Position numbers and translations under genes: made by a program. From the NCBI RefSeq assembly GCF_963921235.1, contig NC_086101.1, forward strand, positions 2,482,001 to 2,546,000: DNA of 64,000 nucleotides. The letters are read 5' to 3'. The notes under the pieces were generated by a model, which worked only from the letters and a program-made list of their open reading frames with translations, had not been told where the DNA came from and searched no databases. Below, piece by piece: positions 23,400 through 37,070 of the stretch (position 1 is the stretch's first letter; every line of letters starts with the position of its first letter). The stretch comes from Mobula hypostoma (taxonomy: Eukaryota).

Positions 23400-26300
23400 T
23401 GTGGCTGGGGAATGGGGGGAGATGGTTGGGGAATGGGGGGGAGATGTCTGGGGAATGGGGGGAGATGGCTGGGGAATGGGGGGAGAGATGGCTGGGGAAT
23501 GCGGGGGAGAGATGTCTGGGGAATGGGGGAGAGAGATGGCTGGGGAATGGGGGGAGATGGCTGGGGAATGGGGGGAGATGGCTGGGGAATGGGGGAGATG
23601 TCTGGGGAATGGGGGTGAGATGGCTGGGGAATGGGGAGAGAGATGGCTGGGGAATGGGGGGAGATGGCTGGGGAATGGGGGGAGATGGCTGGGGAATGGG
23701 GTGAGATGGCTGGGGAATGGGGGAGAGATGGCTGAGGAATGGGGAGGGGAGAGAGATATCTGGGGAATGGTGGGAGAGATCTGCAGAATGGGTAGAGAGA
23801 TGGCTGGGAATGGGATGAGATGTCTGGGGAATAGGGGGAGAGAGATGGCTGGGGAATGGGGGAGAGAGATGGCTGGGGAATGGGGGGAGATGGCTGGGGA
23901 ATGGGGGAGAGATGGCTGAGGAATGGGGAGGGGAGAGAGATATCTGGGGAATGGTGGGAGAGATCTGCAGAATGGGTAGAGAGATGGCTGGGAATGGGAT
24001 GAGATGTCTGGGGAATAGGGGGAGAGAGATGGCTGGGGAATGGGGGAGAGAGATGGCTGGGGAATGGGGGGAGATGGCTGGGGAATGGGGGAGAGAGATG
24101 GCTGGGGAATGGGGGGAGATGGCTGGGGAATGGGGGGGAGAGATGGCTAGGGAATGGGGGAGAGATGGTTGGGGAATGGGGGGAGATGTCTGGGGAATGG
24201 GGGGAGATGGCTGGGGAATGGGGGGAGAGATGGCTGGGAAATGGGGGAGAGATGTCTGGGGAATGGGGGAGAGAGATGGCTGGAGAATGCGGGGGAGAGA
24301 TGTCTGGGGAATGGGGGGAGAGATGGCTAGGGAATGGGGGAGAGATGGTTGGGGAATGGGGGGAGATGTCTGGGGAATGGGGGGAGATGGCTGGGGAATG
24401 GGGGGAGAGATGGCTGGGAAATGGGGGGAGAGATGTCTGGGGAATGGGGAGAGATGGCTGGGGAATGCGGGGGAGAGATGTCTGGGGAATGGGGGAGAGA
24501 GATGTCTGGGGAATGGGGAGAGAGATGGCTGGGGAATGGGGGTGAGATGTCTGGGGAATGGGGGTGAGATGGCTGGGGAATGGGGAGAGAGATGGCTGGG
24601 GAATGGGGGAGATGGCTGGGGAATGGGGGAGATGTCTAGGGAATGGGGGTGAGATGGCTGGGGAATGGGGGGGAGAGATGGCTGAGGAATGGGGAGGGGA
24701 GAGAGATGTCTGGGGAATGGTGGGAGAGATATCTGCGGAATGGGGGGAGAGATGGCTGGGAATGGGATGAGATGTCTGGGGAATAGGGGGAGAGAGATGG
24801 CTGGGGAATGGGGGAGAGAGATGGCTGGGGAATGGGGGGAGATGGCTGGGGAATGGGGGGAGATGGCTGGGGAATGGGGGAGAGAGATGGCTGGGGAATG
24901 GGGGGAGAGATGGCTAGGGAATGGGGGAGAGATGGCTGGGAAATGGGGGAGAGATGTCTGGGGAATGGGGAGGGGAGAGAGATATCTGGGGAATGGGGAA
25001 GAGATGGCTGGGGAATGGGGAGAGATGGCTGGGGAATGGGGGGAGATGGCTGGGGAATGGGGAAGAGAGATGGCTGGGGAATGGGGTGAGATGGCTGGGG
25101 AATGGGGGACAGAGATGGCTGGGGAATGGGGGGGAGAGATGGCTGGGGAATGGGAAGGGGAGAGAGATGTCTGGGCAATGGGCAGAGATGGCTGGGGAAT
25201 GGGGGAGAGATGGCTGGGGAATGGGGGGAGAGATGGCCGGGGAATGGGGAGGGGAGAGAGATGTCTGGGGAACGGGGGGGGGAGATGGCTGGGGAATGGG
25301 GGGAGATGGCTGGGGAATGGGGGAGATGTCTGGGGAATGGGCGTGAGATGGCTGGGGAATGGGGGGGAGAGATGGCTGAGGAATGGGGAGGGGAGAGAGA
25401 TGTCTGGGGAATGGTGGGAGAGATATCTGCAGAATGGGGGGAGAGATGGCTGGGAATGGGATGAGATGTCTGGGGAATAGGGGGAGAGAGATGGCTGGGG
25501 AATGGGGGAGAGAGATGGCTGGGGAATGGGGGAGAGAGATGGCTGGGGAATGGGGGGAGATGGCTGGGGAATGGGGGAGAGAGATGGCTGGGAAATGGGG
25601 GGAGAGATGTCTGGGGAATGGGGAGGGGAGAGAGATATCTGGGGAATGGGGAAGAGATGGCTGGGGAATGGGGAGAGATGGCTGGGGAATGGAGGAGAGA
25701 GATGGCTGGGGAATGGGATGAGATGGCTGGGGAATGGGGGACAGAGATGGCTGTGGAATGGTGAGAGATGGCTGGGGAATGCGGCGGAGAGATTGCTGGG
25801 GAATGGGGGGAGAGATGTCTGGGGAATGGGGGAGATGGCTGGGGAATGGGGAGGGGAGAGAGATGTCTGGGCAATGGGCAGAGATGGCTGGGGAATGGGG
25901 GAGAGATGGCTGGGGAATGGGGGGAGAGATGGCCGGGGAATGGGGAGGGGAGAGAGATGTCTGGGGAACGGGGGGAGAGATGGCCGGGGAATGGGGAGGC
26001 AGAGAGATGTCTGGGGAATGGGGTAGAGATGGCTGGGGAATGGGGTGAGATGGCTGGGGAATGGGGGAGAGAGATGGCTGGGGAATGGGGGGGAGAGATG
26101 GCTGGGGAATGGGGGAGAGATGGCTGAGGAATGGGGGAGAGATGGCTGGGAATGGGGAGGGGAGAGAGAGATGGCTGGGGAATGGGGAGGGTAGAGAGAT
26201 GACTGGGGAATGGGGGAGAGATGGCTGGGGAATGGGGGGGAGATGGCTGGGGAATGGGGGAGAGATGTCTGGGCAATAGGGTGAGATGTCTGGGCAATGG

Positions 26301-27715
26301 TGAGAGATGTCTGGGGAATGGGGGGGAGAAGGCTGGGGAATGGGGGAGAGATGTCTGGGCAATGGGGTGAGATGTCTGGGCAATGGGGTGAGATGTCTGG
26401 GGAATGGGGACAGAGATGGCTGGGGAATGGGGGGAGGGATGGCTGGGGAATGGGGTGAGATGTCTGGGGAATGGGGGGAGATGTCTGGGGGGGAGAGATG
26501 GCTGGGGAATGGGGTGAGATGTCTGGGGAATGGGGGGGAGATGTCTGGGGAATGGGGGAGATGTCTGGGGAGGGGGAGAGATGGCTGGGGAATGGGGGAG
26601 GGATGGCTGGGGAATGGGGTGAGATGTCTGGGGAATGGGGGGGAGATGTCTGGGGAGGGGGGAGAGATGGCTGGGGAATGGGGGAGAGAGATGGCTGGGG
26701 AATGAGGGGAGATGTCTGGGGAATGAGGGGAGATGTCTGGGGAATGGGGGAGAGAGATGGCTGGGGAATGGGGGAGATGTCTGGGGAGGGGGGAGAGATG
26801 GATGGGGAATGGGGGAGAGAGATGGCTGGGGAATGAGGGGAGATGTCTGGGGAATGGGGGAGAGATGTCTGGGCAATGGGGTGAGATGTCTGGGGAATGG
26901 GGGCAGAGGTGGCTGGGGAAGGGGGTGAGATGTCTGGGGAATGGGGGGAGATGTCTGGGGAATGGGGGCAGAGATGGCTGGGGAATGGGGAGATGTCTGG
27001 GGAGGGGGAGAGATGGCTGGGGAATGGGGGAGATGTCTGGGGAGGGGGAGAGATGGCTGGGGAATGGGGGGAGATGTCTGGGGAATGGGGGAGATGTCTG
27101 GGGAATGGGGGCAGAGATGTCTGGGGAATGGGGTGAGATGTCTGGGGAATGGGGGAGAGAGATGGCTGGGGATTGAGGGGAGATGTCTGGGGAATGGGGG
27201 AGAGAGATGGCTGGGGAATGGGGGGAGATGTCTGGGGAATGGGGGAGAGATGTCTGGGCAATGGGGTGATGTCGGGAATGGGGGAGATGTCTGGGGAATG
27301 GGGGAGATGTCTGGGGAATGGGGGAGAGATGGCTGGGGAATGGGGGCAGAGATGGCTGGGGAATGGGGGGAGGGATGGCTGGGGAATGGGGTGAGATGTC
27401 TGGGGAATGGGGGAGAGATGTCTGGGGAGGGGGGAGAGATGGCTGGGAATGGGGGAGAGAGATGGCTGGGGAATGAGGGGAGATGTCTGGGGAATGGGGA
27501 GAGAGATGTCTGGGCAATGGGGGAGATGTCTGGGGAATGGGGGCAGAGATGTCTGGGGAGGGGGGAGAGATGGCTGGGAAATGGGGGAGAGAGATGGCTG
27601 GGGAATGAGGGGAGATGTCTGGGGAATGAGGAGAGAGATGTCTGGGCAATGGGGGAGATGTCTGGGGAATGGGGGCAGAGATGTCTGGGGAATGGGGGAG
27701 AGAGATGGCTGGAGA
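23400..27715. repeat. G-rich ~21-24-bp minisatellite
   Basis: GAGATG(G/T)CTGGGGAATGGGG(G)n units with a strongly purine-rich + strand. Confidence 0.97.
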
Positions 27716-28115
27716 ATTTGGTGGGTGGAGAGGTAACGGACATCTTGTGTCCCCCCTTCGCCCAGGAACAGAGTTAGGCCGATCTGAGGGGAGTCGCAGA
27801 GTGGCCAGCGACTATGAGGTCCTGGAGACGGTGATCGGTCGGGTTGGGAAACAAGACCGTAAGACATGGGAACAGTATTAGGTGGGGTGGGGTGGTGAGC
27901 GTCAGGATTGAGATGGACAGAGGGGAGCTGTGTCCACTAGCAGGTGAATCACAGGCCAGGGGAACAGATTTACTGTTTAAGATGTGCGAGGGAGAGTGTG
28001 GGAGAACTCGGGGGATAGGATGGGATGACCAGGATGCGTGCGGTGTGAGAGAGAATGTGTGGGGATGGTCAGAGTGTGGGATACTAGGGGGAACAGGATG
28101 ACCTGGGGTTCAGTC

Positions 28116-28162
28116 TGTGTGTGTCTGTGTGTGTGTGTGTGTGTGTGCGCGCGCGCGCGTGC
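28116..28162. repeat. (GT)n(GC)n microsatellite
   Basis: Alternating purine-pyrimidine tract visible directly. Confidence 0.9.
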
Positions 28163-28207
28163 GGTGGTCATAGTGAGAACAGGGCAGATTAGGACTTTTC
28201 AAAGGAA

Positions 28208-28822
28208 TTGAATCAGAATCAGGTTTATTATCACCGGTATGTGACGTGAAATTTGTTAATTTAGCAGCAGCAGTTCAATGCAATACATAATATAGCAGAG
28301 AGAAAAAAAAAATAAAATAAAAATAATAATAAATAAACAAGTAAATCAATTACAATATACGTATATTGAATAGATGTTTTAAAAACGTGCAAAATCAGAA
28401 ATACTGTATATTAAAAAAGGTGAGGTAGTGTCCAAAGCTTCAATGTCCATTCAGGAATCGGATGGCAGAGGGGAAGAAGCTGTTCCTGAATCGCTGAGTG
28501 TGTGCCTTCAGGCTTCTGTATCTCCTACCTGATGGTAACAGTGAGAAAAGGCCATGCCCTGGGTGCTGGAGGTCCTTAATAATGGACGCTGCCTTTCTGA
28601 GACACCGCTCTCTGAAGATGTCCTGGGTACTTTGTAGGCTGGTGCCCAAGATGGAGCTGACTAGATTTACAATCTTCTGCAGCTTCTTTCAGTCCTGTGC
28701 AGTAGCCCCTCCATACCAGATAGTGATGCAGCCTCTCAGAATGCTCTCCACAGTACATCTATAGAAGTTTTTGACATGCGAAATCTCTTCAAACTCCTAA
28801 TGAAGTATAGCAGCTGTCTTGC
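28208..28822 (-). mobile_element. Rex1/Babar LINE 3' fragment
   Basis: IIKDLQHPGHGLFSLLPSGRRYRSLKAHTQRFRNSFFPSAIRFLN with an (ATTCTG)n tail. Same family as 33015-34420. Confidence 0.88.
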
Positions 28823-29030
28823 CGGAATCATCCTGGTGAACCTCCTCTGGACTCTCTCCAATGACAACACATCCTTTCTGAGATATGGTGCCCAGAGCTG
28901 TTGACAATACTCTAAGTGCGGCCTGACTAGCGTCTTAGAAAGGCTCAGCACTATCTCCTTGCTTTTATATTCTATTCCCCTTGAAATAAATGCCAGAATT
29001 GCAACTGCCTTCTTTACCACAGACTGAAAC
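28823..29030 (-). mobile_element. CR1 fragment
   Basis: AFISRGIEYKSKE..LVRPHLEYC..LERVQRRFTRMIP. Confidence 0.85.
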
Positions 29031-29419
29031 TGGCAATCAGTATAGGGAGAATAATATGTAATCGTGGCCAACTCACTGGGACAACCTACAATGACCAATC
29101 TATCTGTCTCTGGGAGGAAGCCCACACGGTCACAGGGAGGACATACGAACTCCCCGCAGGCAGCGATGGGAACTGACTTGAAGCTGAATTCCAGCAACTC
29201 CAGCTGCTACACCATCACACTCATCGCTGCACTGCTGTGGTATTCTGCCAGAGCAACTCAACATTTCAAAGTTCAAAATATTTCAAAGTAAAATCCATTA
29301 TCAATGTACATATTATTTTACTGTGAGATGCATTTTCCTGCAGGTATTTACAGGAAAAGTTTAAAAATACAATAGAATTTACATAAAACTACACATAAAT
29401 AAAGACTGACAAACAAGCA

Positions 29420-31190
29420 GGATGGACAAAGGAGAGGCAGTGGATGTCATTTACTTGGATTTTCAGAAGGCATTTGATAAGTTGCCACACATGAGGCTGC
29501 TTAACAAGATAAAATCCTGTGGCGTTACAGGAAAGATTCTGGCATGGATAAGGGAATGGCTGACAGGCAGGAGGCAGTGAGTGGGAATAAAAGGGGCCTT
29601 TTCTAGTTGGCTCCAGTGACTAGTGGTGTTTCTCAGGGGTCAGTATTGGGACCGTAGCTTTTCACATTTTGAATGATTTGGATAATGGAACTGATGGCTT
29701 TGTGGTAAAGTTTGTGGATGTTACGGACATAGGCAGAGGGGTAGGTCTTGCGGAGGAAGCAATGCTATTGCAGCAGGACTAAGAGAAATTGGAAGAACGG
29801 GCAAAAAAGTGGCGGATGGAATACAGTGTTGGGAAACGTATGATAATGCATTTTGGTAAAAGGAATAGTGTAGATTATTATCTAAATGGGGAGAAAATTC
29901 AAACATCAGAGGTGCAGAGGGACTTAGGAGTCCTCATGCAAGACTCCCAGAAGGTTAATTCACAGGTTGAGTCTGTAGTAAAGAAGGCAAATGCAATGTT
30001 TGCATTTATTTCAAGGGGAATAGGATATAAAAGTAAGGAGATAATGCTGAACCTTTATAAGACACTAGTCAAGCCGCACAGAGTATTGTCAACTATTTTG
30101 GGCCCCGTATCTCAGAACGGATGTGTTGTCATTAGAGAGAGTCCAGTGGAGGTTAATGAGGATTATTCCGGGAATGAAGGGGTATGAGGAGTGTTTTGAC
30201 AGTTTTGGGCCTGTACTCACTGGAATTTAGAAGAATGTGGGGGAACCTCATAGAAACCTACCGAATGTTGAAAGGACTATATAAGGTGGATGTGGAGAGG
30301 ATGTTCCCTATCGTGGAGTATCCAGAACTAGAGGGTACAACCTCAAAATTGAGGGGTGACTCTTTACTTTATACTTTATTGTTGCCAAACAATTGATAGT
30401 AGAACATACAATTATCACAGCGATATTTGATTCTGCGCTTCCCACTCCCTGGATTACAAATCAATAGTAAATGTTAAAAATTTAAATTATAAATCATAAA
30501 TAGAAAAATGGGAAGTAAGGTAGTGCAAAAAAAACCGGGAGGTAGGTCCGGATATTTGGAGGGTACGACCCAGATCCGGGTCAGGATCCGTTCAGCAGCC
30601 TTATCACAGTTGGAAAGAAGCTGTTCCCAAATCTGGCCGTACGAGTCTTCAAGCTCCTGAGCCTTCTCCTGGAGGGAAGAGGGATGGAAAGTGTGTTGGC
30701 TGGTGGGTTGTGTCCCTTGATTATCCTGGCAGCACTGCTCCGACAGCGTGCGGTGTAAAGTGAGTCCAAGGACGGAAGATTGGTTTGTGTGATGTGCTGC
30801 GCCGTGTTCACGATCTTCTGCAGCTTCTTCCGGTCTTGGACAGGACAACTTCCACACCAGGTTGTGATGCACCCTAGAAGAATGCTTTCTACGGTGCATC
30901 TATAAACAATAGTGGGGGTTTTAGGGGACAGGCCAAATTTCTTTGGAACAGAGGTAAGGTAGAATTTTTTTTAGCCAGAGAGTAGTAAATCTGTGGAATG
31001 CTCTGCCACAGACTGTGGTGGAGACCAACTCCAGGGGTATATTTAAGGTGGAAGTTGATCATTTTCTGAAAGAGCATCAAAGGATATGGTGGGAAGGCAG
31101 GTGTGTGGGGTTGAGTTGATCTGGGATCAGCCATGATGGAATGGTGCAGCAGACTCGATGGGCTGAATGGCCTAATTCTACTCCTACCTT
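29420..31190 (+). mobile_element. Decayed CR1 LINE 3' half split by a Rex element
   Basis: VDVIYLDFQKAFDK, QGSVLGP and VKKANAMFAFISRGI motifs. It resumes after 30945 and ends in a CR1 3' UTR. Confidence 0.87.
30361..30945 (-). mobile_element. Rex1/Babar LINE 3' fragment, second subfamily
   Basis: LPSLDSLYTARCRSSAARII..LPSRRRLRSLKTRTARFGNSFFPTVIRLLN with a (TAAAG)-type tail. Confidence 0.85.
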
Positions 31191-31194
31191 TTAT

Positions 31195-31612
31195 CAAGAC
31201 AAATTGTGCGAATAAATGACACCGAGAACATGAGTTGAAAAGAGTCCCTGGGAGTGAGTCTGTGGGTTGTAGGATCAGTTGAGAGTTGTGGGGAGTGAAG
31301 TCACTCCACACTGGTTCATAGTGATAGTCAGGAGCCCGATGGTTGTTCCTGGGCTGGGGGCGTGAGACCTAAGGCGCCTGTACCTCCTGCCCGGTGGTAG
31401 TGGCGAGAAGAGAGCGAGGCCTGCACAGTGGGTGTCCTTGATGATGGAATCTGCTTTCACGTGGTAGCGCCCCGAGTAGCTGCGTTCAGTACTGGGGTAG
31501 GTTTTACCGGTGATGGTGTGGGCCATAGCCACCACTTCCTGTGGGCACGGGGTTTCCAGCAGGCTGTGATGCAGACAGTTCGGATTCTCTCTACTGTGGG
31601 GTATCTCAGCAG
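31195..31612 (-). mobile_element. Old Rex-type fragment
   Basis: ADSIIKDTHCAGLALFSPLPPGRRYRRLRS. Confidence 0.7.
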
Positions 31613-31619
31613 GTCCATT

Positions 31620-33010
31620 AGACCATAAAACACAGGAGCAGAATTAGGCCATTCAGCCCATCGAATCTGCTGCACCATCCCATCATGGCTAATTTATTCT
31701 CCTTCTCAAACCCATTGTCCTGCCTCTCCTTGTAACCGTTGATGCCCTGACTAATCAAGAACTGATCAACCTCCGCTTTAAAGATACCCAATGACTTAGA
31801 CAATAGGTGCAGGAGTAGGCCATTCAGCCCTTCGAGACAGCACCGCCATTCACTGTGATCATGGCTGATCATCCACAATCAGTATCCAGTTCCTGCCTTA
31901 TCCCCATAACCTTTGATTCCACTATCTTTAAGAGCTCTATCCATCTTTTTCTTGAAAGCATCCAGAGACTTGGCCTCCACAGCCTTCTGGGGCAGAGCAT
32001 TCCATATATCCACCACTCTCTGGGTGAAAAAGTTTTCCCCCAACTCCGTTCTAAATGGCCTACCCCTAATTCTTAAACTGTGGCCTCTGGTTCTGGACTC
32101 ACCCATCAGCGGGAACATGCTTCCTGCCTCCAGCATGTCCAATCCCTTAATAATCTTATATGTTTCAATAAGATCCCCTCTCAGCCTTCTAAATTGCAGA
32201 GTATACAAGCCCAGTCGCTCCAATCTTTCAACATATGACAGTCCCGCCTTCCCGGGAATTAACCTTGTGAACCTACGCTGCACTCCCTCAATAACAAGAA
32301 TGTCCTTCCTCAAATTTGGAGACCAAAACTGCACAGGGTACTCCAGGTGTGGTCTCACCAGGGCCCTGTACAGCTGCAGAAGGACCTCTTTGCTCTTATA
32401 CTCAATTCCCCTTGTTATGAAGGCCAGCATGCCATTAGCTTTCTTCACTGCCTGCTGTACTTGCATGCTTGCTTTCAGTGACTGATGTACAAGAACACCT
32501 AGATCTCATTGTGCTTCCCCTTTTCCTAACTTGACTCCATTTAGATAATAATCTGCCTTCCCGTTCTTACCACCAAAGTGGATAACCTCACATTTATCCA
32601 CATTAAACTGCATCTGCCCACTCACCCAGCCTGTCCAAGTCACCCTGCATTCTCATAACATCCTCCTCACATTTCACACTGCCACCTAGCTTTGTGTCAT
32701 CGGCAAATTTGCTAATATTACTTTTAATCTTTGCCTCCATAGCAACGAATTTAACAATTCACCACCCTGGGTTAAAGAGATTCCTCATCTCCATTCTAAG
32801 TGGACATCCCTCTGTTTTGAGGCTGACCCCTCTGGTCCTAGACTCCCCAACTATAGGAAACGTCCTCTCCACTTTACACACATCCACTCTATAGAAGCCT
32901 TTCAGTATTCGATAGCTTTCAATGAGATCCGTTCCCCCCCCCCCCACTTCTTGAACCCCAGGGAGTACAGGCCCAGAGTCATCAAATGCTCCACATGTGT
33001 TGACCATTTC
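31620..33010 (-). mobile_element. Nested CR1 fragments (younger copy at about 31797-32730 inside an older one)
   Basis: ORF 31879-32466 VKKANGMLAFITRGIEYKS..RGDLIETYKI..FFTQRVV, with two CR1 3' UTRs. Confidence 0.9.
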
Positions 33011-33014
33011 ATGT

Positions 33015-34420
33015 TCAGAATCAGAATGAGAATCAGGTTTATTATCATCGGCATGTGACGTGAAATTTGTTAACTTAGCAGCAGCAGTTCAATGCTATAC
33101 ATAATCCAGAAGAGAAAAAAAATAATAATAACAAATAAAAATGAAAAATATAATAATAAATAATCAATTACAATATACATATATTGAATAGATTTTTAAA
33201 AACGTGCAAAATCCAGAAATACTGTATATTTAAAAAAAGTGAGGTAGTGTCCAAGGGTTCAATGTCCATTTAGGAATCGGATGGCAGAGGGGAAGAAGCT
33301 GTTCCTGAATCGCTGAGTGTGTGCCTTCAGGCTTCTGTATCTCCTACCTGATGGTAACAGTGAGAAAAGGGCATGCCCTGGGTGCTGGAGGTCCTTAATA
33401 ATGGACGCTGTCTTTCTGAGACACTGCTCCCTGAAGATGTCCTGGATACTCTGTAGGCTAGTGCCCAAGATGAGTCCTTTGCAGAAGCCCCCGTCCCCTC
33501 CAAACCAGACAGTGATGCAGCCTGTCAGAATGCTCTCCACGGTGCAACTATAGAAGCTTTTGAGTGTATTTATTGACATACCAAATCTCTTCAAACTCCT
33601 AATGAAGTATAGCTGCTGTCTTGCCTTCTTTATAACTACATCGATGTGTCGGGACCATGTTAGATCCTCAGAGATCTTGACACCCAGGAACTTGAAACTG
33701 CTCACTCTCTCCACTTCTGATCCCTCTATGAGGATTGGTATATGCTCCTTCATCTTACCCTTCCTGAAATCCACAATCAGCTCTTTCGTCTTACTGACGT
33801 TGAGTGCCAGGTTGTTGCTGTGACACCACTCCACTAGTTGGCATATCTCACTCCTGTACGCCCTCTCGTCACCACCTGAGATTCTACCAACAATGGTTGT
33901 ATCGTTAGCAAATTTATAGATGGTATTTGAGCTATGCCTAGCCACATAGTCATGTGTATACAGAGAGTAGAGCAGTGGGCTAAGCACACACCCCTGAGGT
34001 GCACCAGTGTTGATCGTCAGCGAGGAGGATACGTTATCATCAATCCGCACAGATTGTGGTTTCCGGTTAGGAAGACGAGGATCCAATTGCAGAGGGAGGT
34101 ACAGAGGCCCAGGTTCTGCAACTTCTCAATCGGGATTGTGGGAATGATGGTATTAAATGCTGAGCTATAGTCGATGAACAGCATCCTCGTGCAGGTGTTA
34201 GTGTTGTCCAGGTGGTTTAAAGCCGTGTGGAGAGCCATTGAGATTGTGTTGCCATTGACCTATTGTGGCGACAGGCAAATTGCAAAGGGTTCAGGTCCTT
34301 GCTGAGGCAGGAGTTCAGTCTAGTCATGACCAACCTCTCAAAGCATTTCATCACTGTCAATATAAGTGCAACCGGGCAATAGTCATCAAGGCAGCTCACA
34401 TTCTTCTTCTTCGGCATTGG
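33015..34420 (-). mobile_element. Rex1/Babar LINE RT region, 5' truncated and frameshifted
   Basis: [57 protein letters not shown] and FKFLGV motifs. Confidence 0.92.
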
Positions 34421-34439
34421 TATGTTGAGAATTCATTTC

Positions 34440-34550
34440 ACAGATGTCGAGCAGCATCTGTGGGGAGAGAAGAATCAGTGATGTTTCAGGATGGGATCTT
34501 TCACTGGGAGTTCTCATGAAGGGTCTCAGCCTAAAACGTCGGCTGTTTAT
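34440..34550. mobile_element. Highly decayed Penelope inverted remnant
   Basis: GCAGCATCTGTGG...GATGTTTCAGG followed by CTCATGAAGGGTCTCAGCCTAAAACGTCGGCTG, a decayed hammerhead. Confidence 0.5.
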
Positions 34551-34994
34551 CGCTGTTGTTGGGGCTCCTCAGGTCCTCCACCCCTTTGCATGTGTTAACT
34601 CTCATTATCATCAGTCAACTCGCTGCCAGGATTTTATCAATGACCCCGGGGCCCTCCTCCTGCCTCTGGTAAGCCAGTTTCATTAAAGCAGACAGCCTGT
34701 AGTTGAGTGTTAACGGCTCAGGGGAATCAGAAAGTTTCACTGTGTGTCTCACTGGTGGGCAGGGCTTGATCACACAGCTCAGGTTGAGTCTGTGGTGGGG
34801 AAGGCAAACACGATGTGAGCGTTCCTTTAGAGAGGACTAGAATATAAAAGCAAGGACGTAATGTTGAGACCTTATGAAGCTCTGGTGAAACCTCACTTGG
34901 AGCAGTATTGGGCCCCTTATTGAAGAAAATATGTGCTGACATTGGAGAGGGTAGAAAGGAGGTTGACGAGAAAGGCTCAGGGAGTGAAAGGGTT

Positions 34995-37070
34995 AACATA
35001 AGATCATAAGAAATAGGAGCAGGAGTCGGCCATCTGGCCCATCAAGCCTGTCTCGCCATTCAATAAAATCATGGCTGATCTGACCATGGACTCATCTCCA
35101 CCTACCTGCCTTTTCCCCATAACCCTTAACCCCCCTACTGTGCCAAAATCTATCCAACCTTATCTTAAATATATTTACTGAGGTAGCCTCCACTGCTTCA
35201 GTGGGCAGAGAATTCCACAGATTCACCACTCTCTGGGAAAAGCATTTTCTCCTCATCTCCACCTTAAGTCCACTCCCCCGAGTCTTGAGGCTACGTCCCC
35301 TAGTTCCCTTGTTCTTGTCTCACCTACCAGTGGAAACAACCTTCCTGCCTCTATCTTATCTATCCCTTTCATAATTTTATATATTTCTATTAGATCTCCT
35401 CTCATCCTTCTGAATTCCAGCAAGTACAGTCCCAGGCAACTCAATCTCCTCTTAGTCTAACCCCTTCATCTCTGGAATCAACCTGGTGAACCTCCTCTGC
35501 ACTGCCTCCAAAGCCAGTATATCCTTCCTCAAGTATGGAGACCAGAACTGCACACAGTACTCCAGGTGCGGTCTCACCAGTACCCTGTATAGTTGCAGCA
35601 TGACCTCCCTGCTCTTAAATTCAATCCCTCTAGCAATGGCCAACATTCCATTTGCCTTTTTGATTATCGGCACCCAACTGCCCTCCATTGAGAACATCTA
35701 CCATAAACGCTGCCTGGGCAGGGCGAAAAGCATTATCAAGGATGCATCTCACCCTAACCATGGACTTTTTACTCTCCTCCCATCCGGTAGGCGCTACAGG
35801 AGCCTCCGCTCCCGCACCAGCAGGCACAGGAAGAGCTTCTTCCCTGAGGCTGTGACCCTGCTGAACCTCACATCACAGCGCTAAGCAGTATTGCACCCGT
35901 ATTGTACTGTCTCAGTACTTTTATATTTGTGTGCTGTGTGCTTTTTATTCGCAGTTATTTTGTAAATAACACTATTCTTTGCATTTCTGGTCAGATGCTA
36001 ACTGCATTTCATTGGCTTTGTATCTGTACTCGGCACAGTGACAATAAAGTTGAATCTAAATCTAAAAAACTAAAAATAGCCTGCTGCACCTATAACCATA
36101 TAACAATTCCAGCATGGAAACAGGCCATCTCGGCCCTCCTAGTCCGTGCCAAACTCGTACTCTCACCTAGTCCCACCGACCTGCACTCAGCCCATAACCC
36201 TCCATTCCTTTCCTGTCCATATAGCTATCCAATTTAACTTTAAATGACAACATCGAACCTGCCTCAACCACTTCTGCTGGAAGCTCGTTCCACACAGTTA
36301 CCACTCTCTGAGTAAAGAAGTTCCCCCTCATGTTACCCCTAAACTTTTGCCCTTTAACTCTCAACTCATGTCCTCTTGTTTGAATCTCCCCCACTCTCAA
36401 TGGAAAAAGTCTATCCACGTCAACTCTATCAATCCCCCTCATAATTTTAAACAGCTCTATCAACTCTCCCCTAAACCTTCTACGTTCCAAAGAACCTGTA
36501 AACCAACCTTTTGCGATTCATGCACAAGCACTCCCAAGTCCCTCCACACAGCAGCATGCTGTAACCTTTTACCATTTAAATAATAATCTGATCTTCTGCT
36601 TTTCCTTCCAAAGAGGATGATCACGTATTTACCAACATTGTACTCCATCTGCCAGACCCTTGCCCATTCACTTAACCTATCTATGTCTCTCTGCAGACTC
36701 TCCGTATCCTCTGCACAATTTGCTTTTCCACTCAATTTAGTGTCATCAGCAAACTTAGATACACTACACTCAGTCCCCTCTTCCAGATCGTTAATGTAAA
36801 TTGTAAACAGTTGGAGGCCCAGCACTGACCCCTGCAGCACACCGCTCTCCACTGACTGCCAACCGGAGTAACATCCATGTATCCCAACTCTCTGCTTTCT
36901 ATTACTTAACCGATCCTCTATCCATGCTAATACATCACCTCAAACTCTTTGCATCCTTATCTAATGGATAAATCTTTTATGTGGCACCTTATCAAACACC
37001 TTCTGGAAATCCAAGTAAATAACATCCACCTGTTCCCCTCTGTCCACTGCGCTCATTGTATCCTCAAAGA
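34995..37070 (-). mobile_element. CR1 LINE interrupted by a Rex fragment (about 35660-36065, +) and a CR1 3' end (about 36092-36495, -)
   Basis: QGSVLGLQLFTIYINDL..SKFADDTKL and LVRPHLEYCVQFWSP. The inserted Rex frame reads SIIKDASHPNHGLFTLLPSGRRYRSL. Confidence 0.87.

Noticed and set aside
23386..27867. 1493, 1035 and 911-aa Pro/Ser-rich ORFs
   Set aside because: The C-rich strand of the G-rich array has almost no stops, and all three frames are open.
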